A stretch of 50,765 nt of DNA, counting the filler, from Catajapyx aquilonaris (lineage: Eukaryota): NCBI GenBank assembly GCA_000934665.2. It is 2 parts of 2 records of this genome, joined end to end, with 100 filler letters (N's around TTAATTAATTAA, not from the genome) between each part and the next. Parts side by side here need not be neighbours in the genome. Positions count along the whole stretch, not along the records: positions 1 to 25,319 come from JYFJ02005389.1; 1 more part is not named here. One strand, written 5' to 3'. Every line of letters starts with the position of its first letter. Position 1 is the stretch's first letter. A model generated the notes under the pieces. It ran no database searches. It was not told the DNA's origin and was given only the letters and a program-made list of their open reading frames with translations. Positions 1 through 12,779 of this stretch are shown in pieces. The position numbers and the translations under genes were made by a program.

Positions 1-137
1 CATAGCTGACGCGTTTTGGTGTCGTCAGCCATTCTCATTCCAATATGGCGGCACAATATGTGCACTTACCCCGGGTGTGCACTTCCCCCACTTCACCCTA
101 TTAATTTATTTCATATTAATATTATTATAAGTAATTG

Positions 138-220
138 ATACTTATTTGCGGCTTGTTGGCACTTCGGAAAACCCAAATTTGGGAGTTTTCCGAAGTTTCA
201 AAAAGCCGCAAATAAGTATT
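138..220. repeat. Short imperfect hairpin (MITE-like)
   Basis: ATACTTATTTGCGGCTT...ACTTCGGAAAAC pairs with GTTTTCCGAAGT...AAGCCGCAAATAAGTAT. Confidence 0.7.
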
Positions 221-1719
221 AATGTATTTCTCGCAAAGTACGACGATTTCAGCAAATTCGTCTGGCATGGTTCTCAAAAGTTGTTATTCCACATATTTCC
301 ATGCATTTCATAATTAAATTCGCCTAACAGTTGGTCGGTAGTACTCCAATTTCCAGTTTTTATAGGCTTTTTTTTGGAAATTAATTGTAGGACTTCTAGA
401 CGTGTAAAGCTGTTCCCGACTCATTCATAGTGTTTTCCCAGATCAGGTAAGTATAGCTGTTATTATTTGTAAAATATCTTGTCCGTATCTTCGGAGTACA
501 CGTAAGCCGAAATCTGTGTGGTTCGGGCCTATCTGGTAGCGAAGGGGTTACGTAGGCTAAAGACAATTGTCGAGAAGATGAGTGGGTGCAAATTATTCTT
601 CCATATTACAATTTCCCCTTAAGACACTGTTACAACCGCACCTATGATGGGGTCGGTTGTAACACACTGCCTTGCCTTGGAAAAATATTTATCAATCTAT
701 CAATTTTTAATCTTAAGATTTTTTACAAAGAGGAATGTTGCCTTATTTCCACCATGTCAAAAACCTTTGCCTAAATGCATATGTAACTGAATTTTAAAAT
801 CCTGACTAAAAAGTGTTACAACTGACCCCAATCTCCCTTAAGTCTAAGCCAAAATCTACATGGTTGGGGCCTATCTGGTAGCGAAGGGGTTAACTGGTGG
901 GGGAAGAAGAGTGTATTTTTGGTTTTGTTTCCCCCACTGTGGAACTTGCCTTGAAACCTACAGTACATCAACAACAGTGTACGGTCATGCCATTGGCAGA
1001 ATGCAAATAATTAGGCTGGGAAACATTGAAGAGCAGGAGTAGCAAAAAAGAAAAAAGGAAAAAAAAAAATGCCACCAGTGTCCTTTCTGACACCCCCCCC
1101 CCCAATGACCACTGTACAGAACTTCCCCTCTGTGCTGTTAACCTGGGTTGAAATAATTTTATTTGTAAGTAACAATTGTCCTGTGGGCCTCATATGTGGG
1201 TAATATAATTATGTTGCAGAGGTTTGAAGGTACACATCAATTTGGAAGTCAAGGTACTTTTCTTCTCTCAAAGGGCAAAAAATCATGACTGAGCTTATAA
1301 GACTACTTTTTGACACTTTTTGTAACTAGAAAATTCTGCTTCTTCTCTCAGTTCAGTACAATTGAAAAGGCCACAGAGAAACCACATTACTTTGTGTTGA
1401 AAATATTTATATTCTTTTTTCTTCTCCTTGCTGCCACATCACCATGTTACGCCTGTCCCAAGAGTTGTTCATTAGCTCAAAGGTACTATATTACTCAAAA
1501 AGATGGAGACAATTTTGCATTGAAACCAAATGCACCTGTCAATGATTGAAGCATTGAAATAAAAACGATTGCATTTTCTTAGCACCTTCCTCGACCACTT
1601 TAAACTTGAAACCATTACATAGGATCCCTTCCAGGATGGATTTTATGGTGTACCACAAAGGTTTTTAGTGAAGGTTGTTCCTAATAGCAGATGAATAAGT
1701 GAAACTCAAGTTTTTAAAT

Positions 1720-1989
1720 ATGGGTCATTCCTTGCCAAATCAACATGAGGTATGCTCGTGATAAGTGCTTGATATGGCTCAGCCAAAATGTAATAGTTAC
1801 AAATTAACGTAACATTATGGGAACAAGAAATTTTGAATCATGGTGATTTTTTATAAAAACACACTTATTGCAGACACTTTCTTATTACATATAAAATAGT
1901 GTTTCAATAATTCCATATCCTTAATCGACATTTCATTATCTGAAAAAAGTTACATGGAAAGAGCTGTAATTTGGTGTGGAATGACCCAT
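1720..1989. mobile_element. MITE
   Basis: Terminal inverted repeats TATGGGTCATTCC / GGAATGACCCATA. Confidence 0.55.
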
Positions 1990-2135
1990 ACATGTTCTCT
2001 GAGCAGTGAAAATCAGGGGTTGAGAGTTGAGTTTGCAATTTTTTAAACATTTGAAAATGGCCACAGAAGCGCTAGGATCCTGGAAGAATTTTAATTTCAC
2101 TTATTATGACAATTTCAGATGACGGCCAATCAAAT

Positions 2136-2490
2136 ATAATATTATAATAATAGTAATAACAACAACAACAACAACGATAATAATAATCAGGGTAGTGCTT
2201 GACCTCATTGCGAGGTATGTAGCACGGACCTTTATTATGTCCTTGTGTACACTGTACATTTTTGGAACCTTTCGCGAAGCGCCTGGGTCCGCGGGCAGGA
2301 TGACTGGGAGAGAATGTGCAGTGCAATGTCTCATTCGGTACATTTTGTCAACTCCCTGGGTGGTTAGTCTCAAGGAATCCCACCCGAGACGAAGCCCGAG
2401 ACAACTGCACAAGATGAAGGGGGAATGCCCGGGCTTGGGATCGAACCCGGGACCCTTCCATGCGTGGGCGCCATTCCGCCTCACTTTCAG
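2136..2490 (-). mobile_element. tRNA-derived SINE
   Basis: Minus strand has a B-box GGGTTCGATCCC near its 5' end, a ~300-bp body and an (ATT)n/(GTT)n simple-repeat tail. Confidence 0.7.
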
Positions 2491-2615
2491 TCAAATATAA
2501 AATGCACTTATGCAAGATTATCCATTTTGATACAGATGGGCAAATCAATACATTGGAAGGTTCTTTGTATGCCCTGAAGGAGATTCAGGATAGGTGCACT
2601 AATCAACTCTCTTAC

Positions 2616-2872
2616 CTGTTTTCAGATGTTCCCTCATTGTCACATACACTTGTTACATACACACTGCAATTACTGGAAGCATACCTCTTATGTTCTTTGT
2701 TTTCCTTATGATCCTTATGATCCTTATGCTCCTTGTGCTCTTTATGCTCTCGATGCTTGTGCTTGTCCCTGTGCTTGTCCTCCTTGCTCTTTTCTCTGTC
2801 ATGGTTTTTCTCATGGTGTTTATCATGCTTATCCCGATGTTTCTCTTTGGAACTATGATGACGATCTTTCTC
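2616..2872 (-). CDS. Top1: Coding exon 4 (EKDRHHSSKEKHRDKHDKHHEK...KEHKEHKDHKDHKENKEHKR) of putative Top1; gene presumably continues beyond position 1
   Basis: TTATTAG acceptor at 2873-2874, phase 0, open reading. Two in-frame donors: GAG|GTATGC (exon end 2685) and CAG|GTAAG (exon end 2616). Confidence 0.65.
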
Positions 2873-5131
2873 CTAATAATGGATTTTAATTTTAGATTAA
2901 CAGTCCAGAGTCAGAATAAAATATGCACCTACGTACACTTAACTATGACTATTAAATACTTCGTATCATAACAAAGGGCCTATTGGTGGCCACTCCCAAT
3001 ATGTCACCATTGGGAGAATTGAGGTGGGCAGTGACTTTCCACATTACATTACGAGCTTTACACTAAGGGCCAGATGCACTCAAGATTTGGTCATGATGAC
3101 ATGCAGGCTCAACTCAGCCATAGTGGGAAGTGAGAGAGTTGTGATTTCATCTTGAGTGCATCTGCCAGTCTACTGTAACTTCATATTTGATCATCCTATG
3201 ATTTAACTTTTTACAACATAATCACTGATAATTAGAAACAAGGCCCTAAAAACCAACATATAAAATTCTTGATTAACTCGAAAATGGTTGCACAGCGAAG
3301 ACTCATACTTTAATTTTGTTTTCGGGTGCTCAGTTTACCCCAAGTGAGTTTCATTCAACAAATCAATCGTTTCTGATTTGCTAAGTACTCCATATTAGCA
3401 TACCCTACCTACCACGAGATTGCTTGCCCCTTTTCCTCTCACCAGGCAATCACAGACAATTTGAAGTTGTATGTCATTACCAAGCCAATGTGTAGGAGGG
3501 GGGGAAGAGAAAAGGAGGTAGCTTCCATTGAAATCTACGGGTGGATAAGGTATAGCATGCTGCACAGCTGCATAGTCTCAGGAATTCTTGGGAATCTTAT
3601 GGAGTTGAACACAAGCAGTTTTGACCAGGTTGTTGTAGCCTGGAAATCAGGTGCATCAGTATGGCTTACAAGTTCATTGTTCAAGCTTATTCTGCTACAA
3701 CAGCAACTGCATCATGCTGTTACGCATAAAGAAGGATTTAAGACTGGAGGCCCTAAAAGGTGCCCGATATGCAAATTGCATCCCTGATTTGCAGAAGTGA
3801 AAAAATTTAATGATTTAATTGCATTCTATCAATTACAAATTACACAAGCAACACTTTGGTTGACAAGTAAGCATCATGAGGTCCTGCACTCCTTATGGAT
3901 TAAACTGTGCATAAAGCTGTATCTCTTTCACAGCCGTCCGGCAGCTGGGCTGCCCCAGATCTGGCCAGCCCAGGTGACCCTTTTGCAGATGGCCTACCTA
4001 GCTAGTAACTCCTGATCAGTGGGCCACCTTGTGTTCCTGACAAAAGGTTGCCTGATGGCTCCAAAGGCAACATGGGTTGTGCACATGGTAATTGTTCCAT
4101 GGCAAGTTTGTTGTGGGACTGGCAATTAGAAAGGCACACAGAGTAAGGCTTTCGTATATTTTTATAACTTTTTTTTAGGGCCCATTGCAGCAATGCAAAT
4201 TGCAAAAGCAGTAACGCGAAGAACTCAAAGTCTTTTCTAACATTGATGGAAAAAAATTACAAAACATTTTCAAGGAATCCTAATGTCTTCTGTGACCACT
4301 TCAATTTATTTATCTTTAAATTGCAAATTCACGATTTCCAAACCCACTTTCTGAGTTGGGTATCTAACTAGGCAAAGTTGAGTTTCACTTTTTAACCCAA
4401 TATCATTAGGAACAACCTCAACAAAAATTATTTCCATGTGTGCAAAAACCAAGGGGGGTAACAACTTCATGGAACCGGTGTACAGGGTCCCTGTGGAACC
4501 GTCTTGGAACCGGCCTGGAACCAGGTGGAACCACCCGGTCCCAGGAACAGGTGTACACTATTTGGGGAGTTGTTAGCCCCTTGGCAAAAACCTATCCTGC
4601 AACATATCCTTGTATTTAGCAACCGAAAAAAAATTGATATATTTTAACACCAGCATTTTCCCCCAGAAATTCCAACGTGGCCCAAAGAAAGGAAAATTTC
4701 TGCAGCTTGAATTAGTTACTCTTTCTCATTCCAGGATATCTTCATAACCAAGATTGACACACTGCATGCATCTTAGACAGCTCTGCCGTTCAGTTTGAAA
4801 GTCTGTACCAGCATCTGGTACAAATGATGGCCTCAGACCAGGTGAATTAAATACAACGGTACTTTTCCATTTCCTGAAGGCCCCTATGTTTCTGTTGTCT
4901 TTGTTATAGCCAACCTCCCACCTTTTCAAATTTTCATGAAAATGCCATCATATAGCAACAGGAGTACAGTGTCAACAACAGAACGAGTCCAACAGAAGAG
5001 AGGGCCATTCCAGAAGGGGAAAAAAAACCCAAATGGAATTCAAGAAACAGAAAAATACCAATATAACATTCCACAAAAATATATTCGTTGTTTATTAGTG
5101 AAGGTAAACTAACTCAACTGCTATGCTTTAA

Positions 5132-5885
5132 AGGAAGGTTTCAGTGATTTTGCAAGTTGGGCTTCAAAGATCAAGGTAGACTCCCGGATGCCAAAAATGT
5201 AATCAGTTTTTAAATCTGACGCCGCGTAAGCAAATGCTGTTAGGTGAAAGTCAATATCAGCTACTGTATTCGATACGGTAAGCGTACAGCTAGCGCCTCC
5301 CGCGGAGATCCCAGTAACATGCCTTGGCCAACATCGGCTTATCCACGAAGTCAATTTTTGAACTAGGAATAAGTGGATGAATCACTTGGCCCTTCCTCCG
5401 ACGCCGTCACATACAGCCAAGATGTGGGCAATGTATTCCTCGTCTCTCTCTCCGGATTATACCTCACGGCACTACCCGCCTTGGTAAGTCTCGAGCTGAT
5501 ACGAAAGTATCCCGCCGTGGCCATCACTCTGTCACATGGTCCGACCACTGGCGCCCTTCTCTCCCACTCTGCCTCCCCTTCTCATCCTCCCCTCCATTCC
5601 CATGGCCCTTGGCACCCGGGGCAGGTTCCGCTCGGGTCGAAAACACAAAAACCTGGCTTGCACGTGGTTTGTCGCTATGGGGGCGGACATCTTGATTGTA
5701 TGTTGGATCTTCCATTGCTGCCGCTAGAGGGAACCAGTGTTCGATGCTGATTTTCAAAAAAATCAACTTTGACTTGAAATTTTATGTTTATGGTGCATTT
5801 GCCACCAAAACTGACCGGATATTCAGAATCAGAGAGTTCTGCTTGATTTTTGAAGCTCAACATGCAAAATCACTGAACCCTTCCT
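5132..5885. mobile_element. Non-autonomous Kolobok-like DNA transposon
   Basis: TTAA on both sides (5128-5131, 5886-5889). TIRs AGGAAGG(T/G)TTCAGTGATTTTGCA..GTTG.GCTTCAAA.ATCAAG begin with purines, which fits Kolobok rather than piggyBac. Confidence 0.7.
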
Positions 5886-7079
5886 TTAAGTAGAGAATCC
5901 GAGAGTTTCATTAGGCGAACATCCTTTGTCAGAATCTCGCAGATGGAATCTGACCTCATAACCAGCGCACTAGGCCACTATTACGGCATAGGCACTTCCA
6001 AATTGTAAATCATGCATCCTTACACAAACCTGTGCAATCATTTTATTACACAGCACTGTTTAATTCAAAGTAATTAACACCAACTTCCATATTACAGAAC
6101 ATACACCCACAAAAAAAAAGGTGTAGGAGGCCCAGTAGTGGAACTTCGGTACTGTAGTCACTAGCCTTTAATTTAATTCAATTTTTTATAATGTTGTCAT
6201 TACAACATCAGTACTGCAAGCACTTTCAGTAATCATACCTGCCTGCCTGATCCTCAAGATGCTTTACATACCACTTTCTGTCACTTGGCCAATGCAAAAG
6301 GGGAAGGAAGGCAGCAGGGCACAAGTGCCTTGTCTAGATTGAGGTTATGGCCATCTAAGGAGGAGAATGGCCATCTTTAATCCCAGATTAATGGTCTATC
6401 ATTGACATAATGGAAGTTAATGCTCACACGAGGCATGGCACAGTGTATCCCTCAGTGGATGACCATTCATACAAAACTATATTTCCCAGGACTTTCTTGT
6501 GATAGACCGGAATGTACTTCAGAATATCCCATTGTCAGTCCAACTTCCTTGCCTGCCACCCCCAGAGAAGCTTGCCCACTGCTGCATTCTTGTCTGGGGT
6601 TCCATTCAGATTCTCCTTCACCATAGATTAAGATAAGGACAACCAGTTTTTGACAGAAATGCTCATCATTCTCACACCATTCCATTCCTTCCATTACAGC
6701 CTCCCTCCATGTTAAATAAATTTGCATACGTGGCTTAATATAAGGTCTGGGAGCAAAAGGCAGCAGTGTTAAGGCAGTTTCACAAAATCCGCATTGCAGA
6801 AGTGGGGCGTTTGCATTGCTCCCTCACTGTTTGCAAAAAGTCCACCAGGCTGGACATGAGTATAATGCTGCTGCTTGGCCACCAACATTGGTGCATAGCC
6901 CCTCGCAAGTTTTCTGTGCTTCACATGCCCTGCTACCGCAACACCGAGCATGTGAAACAGCCTTTACATGCCATTAATACAATACAAGTCGGGAAACTGT
7001 GTGTTCAATGTCCCTTTTAAATAAGAAAGTAGCAAATGTGTGGTCATTTCCACAATGCAAGGTGCTCACTCATTCATAA

Positions 7080-7517
7080 AGGTCTCAATTCATATTGACT
7101 TGAAACTATGATTTGTGCATGCAAGTCGAACATTTGCGCATTCGATTCCATCCCCATGAGCAGTCGAATCATTACCGGTGTGTGCATGCAATTCAATCCC
7201 CCAAGGGCATATGCGCATTATGGCTTGAAGACCGATAATAATCAAACAGAGCAAGATTCAAATTGCAACAAATGGCAGGGGTGCCAAGAGAATGGGACAG
7301 TGGGTGTGGCAAACATGGAGGTCCCACGTGACCACCCACGGGGACTGATTGGTTAACAGTTGTGCGTGTGGAATGCGCTTGCACACAAGGTGCCAAGAGC
7401 TGCATGCGGTGAGAATCAACAAGAGGCCTACCTGCACGCAGCAATGGCATTCAATCGCATGCATTTGTCACTTGCATGCACATATTGGAGTTTCAAGTTG
7501 ATATGAGTTTAGACCCT
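7080..7517. mobile_element. MITE with long imperfect TIRs
   Basis: GGTCTCAATTCATATTGACTTGAAACT...TGTGCATGCAAGT mirrored by ACTTGCATGCACA...AGTTTCAAGTTGATATGAGTTTAGACC. Confidence 0.65.
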
Positions 7518-7519
7518 AC

Positions 7520-7661
7520 AGCTGCATTTACATGTGAGCGATTTGATGAGCGAGGTCTTCGCCGAGGCTGAGTAACCCAAGTAACCAATATTGTTTGAGG
7601 CGAAAATCGATTGTTAATTTCAGCCTAGGCGAAGATTTCGCTCGTCAATGTAAACGCAGCT
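7520..7661. mobile_element. Harbinger-type MITE
   Basis: TIRs AGCTGCATTTACAT / ATGTAAACGCAGCT; internal inverted TCTTCGCC.AGGCTGA. Confidence 0.6.
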
Positions 7662-8017
7662 TTACACTGCAGAAATAACACAGTAACAGTAAGAACAAAA
7701 AGAAACCACACTTTCAAGATCAAAGCAACAATTGATGTGATTCTTATGATCAAGCAACTCTTCACCTTCAAATCCTACCTCAAGGCAGTGCAACATATAA
7801 TATCAAAATGTATACCTTAGCCTTCCTATGACAGATGTTATGTATTCAACTGTGCCACCAATTTTACCATTAAAAACATTAGTTTTCACATGATCTAGAG
7901 TGGAATACTCTCACTACACCCATACATGAAAACACATCCTATTATTATGAGGCACTATTATTACACACCAATAAATGAAATGACATGTCTGATTGCATAT
8001 ATAAATTGTTACCCTAC

Positions 8018-8178
8018 CTTAGTTACTCCAGAGCTCGAGTTGTGATGTTTTTCTTTGCGCCTTTCTTCATGCTTATCCCTGTGCTTATCCTTGTACTTGT
8101 CCTTATGTTTATGCTCCTTCACAGAAGAATTTTCCCCTATACCATTAGGAAACCCATTTGGTACTCGCTTCCTTTCAT
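8018..8178 (-). CDS. Top1: Coding exon 3 (DERKRVPNGFPNG...KEHKHKDKYKDKHRDKHEERRKEKHHNSSSGVTK) of putative Top1
   Basis: TAACAG acceptor, AAG|GTAGGG donor; 161 bp, phase 1 to 0; charged His/Lys repeat typical of the metazoan Top1 N-terminus. Confidence 0.65.
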
Positions 8179-8392
8179 CTGTTAATAACAAAAGAAACAA
8201 ATTAATAAGGATTCAAGAAAAGCAATTACATCCTATTTTCAACAGATGAGGAAACGTTACATTGGAATTTAAATGTAAAGCAGATCTACGAAGAAATATT
8301 ATAAATTGCATTTAAAATATAACTGTCAATTTAAATATTGTTAACAGTACAATAATAGCGGGTGGAGGGGAAACCCACGCATGATATAAATA

Positions 8393-8563
8393 CAGTAAAA
8401 CCTTGATATAACGCTCTTCAAGGGACAGCCCAAAAGTAGCGTTATAAGCGGGATAGTGTTATGTGGGAAAATTTATTTTATGGAAATGAGCAAGGACTGA
8501 ACAAAAGGGGCATGAAAAGCTGGAAGGTGTTTTATGCAGGAGCATTTTATCAAGGATTTACTG
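8393..8563. mobile_element. pogo/Tigger-type MITE
   Basis: TA|CAGTAAAACCTTGATA ... TATCAAGGATTTACTG|TA. Confidence 0.7.
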
Positions 8564-9194
8564 TATTGGTAATATATATTGTTGATTTAGGCAAAATACT
8601 GTCACCTTAAATTATAAAATTATGACTTTCCATAATCCATCTGTTAAGTTAAATCTAAATTCTCAAGCAAACTTTGTCCGTCACTGATTTCCTGCCCCTT
8701 TCTTCCACACTGCAGGTGATGAATGCATAATTTTCAAATTGTATTGCATATCAGCTTATTGAAAGAAAATCAAATTTAAAATTTCCACAAACGTTAAATT
8801 TGATTTACTTTCAATAAGCATACCATATCTGATTTTGTTTTCAACAGCAGGCTCACAGGCCAAGACCCTACCAGGCAGCATGGTAAAGATGGCATCTTGC
8901 CAAGTATGTAAAGCTGGAGCAGTGGTTCATAATTGTCTTTGGTGCAACATTTAACAAACTCCATCAATTTCAATAACTCAATGCTCAGACTATAAATTTT
9001 TAAACTGATTAAGGAAACGTTCATGCTTGAAATAACCCCTACGTTCCATAATGCTTTCTAAAACCTGGATGTACCATAGCTTAATACATTCTCTGCTTCT
9101 AACTGACCACCAATCTCTATTACCACAGATACTAGCATACATGCACGTCCACACCACCCCGTGCTGAATGCCACAATCACTGCATATCACTCAC

Positions 9195-9243
9195 CACTCT
9201 GCACCAGGCTATCATTTTCTTTTCTCCTCTTGGTTTCCACTTC
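9195..9243 (-). CDS. Top1: Coding exon 2 (EVETKRRKENDSLVQS) of putative Top1
   Basis: Poly-T tract plus TTGCAG acceptor, GTG|GTGAGT donor; 49 bp, phase 0 to 1, consistent with neighbouring exons. Confidence 0.6.
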
Positions 9244-9554
9244 CTGCAAAGAAAAAAAAAATCGCATTAACAATTTTTTTTTCAAATCAAGCATCACCTC
9301 CTCAAGCGATGTAGGCCTCAAAAACGCAATTCCAGGCCCCAAAACCCTTCGAACTCGGGGGACAACTAAGGTAAAAAATGACTAGTATAGAGCGGGGGGG
9401 ACTTAGTCTCCACACCGCCATCTTAGGGACTTAGAAAATTTTCCACCCGGCTCTGCCGGTTCCCTAACAGGTATATTTACCGTTTCCCCCGTCCGAAATT
9501 AAAGAAACTAGGTTCCCCCCGTGGGCTAGACACGCTAAAAATTAATCTACTTAC

Positions 9555-9590
9555 AGGCTGTGATTCGGAAAGTTCCTCTCCACTGGACAT
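9555..9590 (-). CDS. Top1: Coding exon 1 (MSSGEELSESQP) of a His/Lys-rich nuclear protein, tentatively DNA topoisomerase I
   Basis: ATG at 9590 in AAAATG context, then CCT|GTAAGT donor (phase 0). Lies in a GC-richer promoter-like zone with a YY1-like AAGATGGCGG at ~9415-9424 (minus). Splices in frame to the next three exons. The Top1 call rests only on the resemblance of the HKHKDK/KEHK N-terminus; the catalytic domain is not in the window. Confidence 0.55.
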
Positions 9591-10215
9591 TTTCGAAGCA
9601 ATTACTTTTACTTGGTGGTAGGTGATAGTTAGTACACCACGTCGCTCCTCACAGAATAAGGGGAAGCGCCCAGAAACAAAGTACCCAAACGGGCATAGAG
9701 CGCATGCGTCGGATATGCCCCACTTCTCTCCACACAGATCGCCAGCCTCCAACCAGTCGCCTCTCATACTATTCGGGTTCACAACTTATCCTGGTTTCAA
9801 TTCTGATATATAGATGGCATCGGATTTGTTTCTAGTTTTTAACCATCTCATTAGAGACATCTATGTGTCGGGTTTGGAACTTGCGGTCCTGTGTGCCTAT
9901 TGGGCAGTGTGTTCTCGTCTGCACACTACATTCCCCCCTGCCTCCCTGGCCTCCCCGCCCCGACTTCCGACTCCCCGCCACCGCCTTCAATGGCGCTTCC
10001 CCCCCTTCTCTTAAATACCCGGATGTTGATCACCCGCCACTTCTTCAGTGCGCATTTCAAGTTAGAATCAAAATTGTTGCCTGGATGAAGCAATGTTCAT
10101 CCACTTTATTATTCAAGAACTACATGCCACATGTCCAACACCAACATTGGCAATGTCATTTTCATTGTGTATGTGACAATAAAATCATGTTTTTCCACTA
10201 CAGCCTTCATTTAAT

Positions 10216-10485
10216 GAAGGCTGTAGGGGAAAAACATGATAACTGACATTTTTGTCATTTTTGACCTAAACACCTAGGACCTAGCAACTATGTATAAGAC
10301 ATGACAAACAGTTTGGTATACTCCAAGTTCATGTATCATGCATGAGACGGCCACACGGACTAGATCAAAACCAGCATTATTCCCTCTCGCATTCCCTATG
10401 ATTTGTTAAGCAAATTCAAACTTCAATTCTCTCTCCTGAAAAATTACTCTTTTGTCAGTTATCATGTTTTTCCCCCACAGCCCTC
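10216..10485. mobile_element. MITE (Sola-like termini)
   Basis: TIRs GAAGGCTGTAGGGGAAAAACATGATAACTGACA / TGTCAGTTATCATGTTTTTCCCCCACAGCCCTC; a further right-end copy lies at ~10185-10208. Confidence 0.65.
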
Positions 10486-10845
10486 AAATGTGAAACTAAT
10501 ATATTGCTTAGCAAAGAATTATGACATTTGTGTTATTGTACTATACACACCTCCAATACTCCAATAGTCTTGTCCCTTGAGATGTTTTGCTATAAGTTTC
10601 TTGCAGCATAATATGTGGGAGAACTTCCACAATATATATTTTTAAATCTGCCATCTCTAAACCACAGAATCCTAAAATAGCAATTTCAGTTTTATTTACC
10701 ATTCAGCATAGACTAACTGATGCACAGAGATCACCAATACTCCATAATAATAACACATAATAATCATACTCCTGTGACTATTGAGGCATCATAAGCATTC
10801 CTGGAAACAATCTTTCCTTATCCCAGTGTTTTTGTCCTTCTAATC

Positions 10846-11020
10846 TACAACAACAACAACAACAACAATTCCCCTGAAGGTCCTGTAAGGGATAGTAAAG
10901 GGTACCGTACTAAAAATAATTTTAAAAAATAAACAACAACACCACCATCATGACATTTCCCTATAAGGGGTAGTGAGTGATGAAGGGAGACGCAAGTTAA
11001 CAGGGTGGCAGGTACCCCTT
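10846..11020 (-). mobile_element. Retroposon 3' tails with (TTG)n; same family at ~33316-33390
   Basis: (ACA)n followed by GACATTTCCCTAT.AGGGGTAGT.AG.GATGAAGGGAGA.GCAAG.TAAC occurs here and at 33316-33390. Confidence 0.55.
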
Positions 11021-11269
11021 CTAATCTAATGTGTAAACTTTGCATCATTCATTCTTTTGCACCCAGTGCATGAAACAGGCACATTATAAGCAGTGGTTTC
11101 ATGGTAATAAACTGTTCCTTTTATGTATTAGTGTATTATCACTTATCACTACAGCTGTTTGGCTTTATATTGTTGCAAGATATTTCTTAATTAGCAGCAC
11201 CTTCAGCCATAGGAATCAGTTTTTGTTTTTTGACATGGGAGAAATGATCTAGTGCAATCCCCAACAAAA

Positions 11270-11960
11270 GTAAAATCCATAAAAATTCAACTTTCTTTCG
11301 GATTGGAATACGATTTAGGGCCTGTAAAGAGCAAATTTGAAGTTACAACAAAAGCATTCGTCTATAGAAAACAGTTCCCTATAACGATAGCTTATACGGC
11401 ATCACAATTCACAAGAGTCACAGCTCGAGCTTAGACACTGCCCTAATCGACATCGGCTCATCACTTTTCTGTTGCGGCCAAACCTACGTAGCCTTGGCTC
11501 GTGTCACAACAATTGACGGAATCCATATAATCAACTTTGATCATACCCAGGTAAAAGCTAACCCAATAGAAACTCCTTATACTGGAATACAACAGCCTCG
11601 GACATAATATTAGACAAATCCTAAAGTAGCCTAAAGTAATGTCACGGAAACAAGGTAGATGTGTATGATGGGAGAGTTGTTGGTTTGGGGTGTTGGAATA
11701 ATGTTTGGAAGAGCATGGCATGGGCGGCCCTCTTACAAACATGTCATGTGTGTCCTCTGACACTTTGAAAATACAAACCTATCAATTCCACACATTATAT
11801 CGTATTTTCCTGTGTACCGGAGAAAATATCATTCCTTATTTACTGCAACTGCACAGACAGTCTTGAGATCTAACCAAAAACAGACCCGTAAAAAAACCGC
11901 CAAGTCCGTAGCCACTCCGCCTAAAAAAGTTGTGAGATCATGGGTGGACACCAAGCCTCT
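11270..11960 (+). mobile_element. Helitron/Helentron Rep-Hel relic (C-terminal PIF1 helicase motifs, frameshifted)
   Basis: Translation across one frameshift: VYRKQFPITIAY/GITIHKSHSSSLDTALIDIGSSLFCCGQTYVALARVTTIDGIHIINFDHTQVKANP, i.e. PIF1 motifs IV-VI. GGGTGGACACCAA at ~11942 resembles a Helentron end. Confidence 0.8.
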
Positions 11961-12090
11961 TTGTGAGACTATAGATTAAGTCAAGTTACTTGGCTCACGA
12001 TTGGAGACTATAGACTTACAGCTCGTAGACTTGGCGCATGGTACGAGACTGTAGCCTAAGGTTGAGCCACTTGGTTCATCGGCCCTACAT

Positions 12091-12468
12091 TTGATGACCA
12101 TCACCGTCGATGTTGAGGAAGGAACCTTTCTGGCATCGGATGACTTTGTTTTTCTCCACACAACTTTGGCGCTGAGAGAAGACTCGCTTTACACAGAAGA
12201 GTTCAACTACTCCTCGAGCTTCTACTACAGCATCGGACTGAAGACAAAGCGAGACAGGATTCAAGCTCATCTGGACAAGCTTGGTATCGCCAGAATCAGG
12301 AGAAGGAACGGAGTCACATCTTGGGATGAGACGAATCCCAGTCCGTTTTCACTGATGAACTTGGCTGGATCGTTTGTGATCCTGACCTGTGGAGTATCTC
12401 TGAGTGTCGTGGCCTTCGCGACTGAACTGCTCTCTTATGATGGCCCATCAACTACATACCTAAGATAA
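12091..12468 (+). pseudogene. 3' fragment of a divergent ionotropic receptor (S2 end plus last TM helix)
   Basis: PFSLMNLAGSFVILTCGVSLSVVAFATE is an IR/iGluR final-TM signature. YYSIGLKTKRDR aligns to YYNIIGLKTKQDR of the copy at 21.35 kb. Upstream domains are missing. Confidence 0.7.
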
Positions 12469-12489
12469 TCGAAAAAATGTGACAGTGAA

Positions 12490-12507
12490 AATAAATTAAT
12501 TTTTATT
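12490..12507. terminator. Adjacent AATAAA poly(A) signals on opposite strands (IR fragment +, piwi -)
   Basis: AATAAA at 12490-12495 (+) and TTTATT at 12502-12507 (AATAAA on -), 22 bp after the IR stop and ~270 bp after the piwi stop. Confidence 0.45.
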
Positions 12508-12779
12508 TTTTGGGTCCACATGGGATGTCCAGGGTGACAACAACACCAACATTACTTTTGGCTCTGTATGAACCTATTACTGACAGTAACAGGGATTGAA
12601 GAGGGATTAAACACATCCGTACATCACGTACGTATGAAAAAACGAGAATGGTAACAGCATTGAATGGAACTCAACATGGATAACTAATTGGTCTAATCCC
12701 TTCCAGAGGTCCAACTGACTGACTGAGGGATCCAAAACAACAAGGAGGGATCTAATGAGGAGATCCAGCCAGAGCATCA

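Noticed and set aside
2626..2971. Hydrophobic or Cys-rich + strand ORFs (also 7985-8249) resembling membrane proteins
   Set aside because: They are antisense readings of the Lys/His/Glu/Asp-rich exons.
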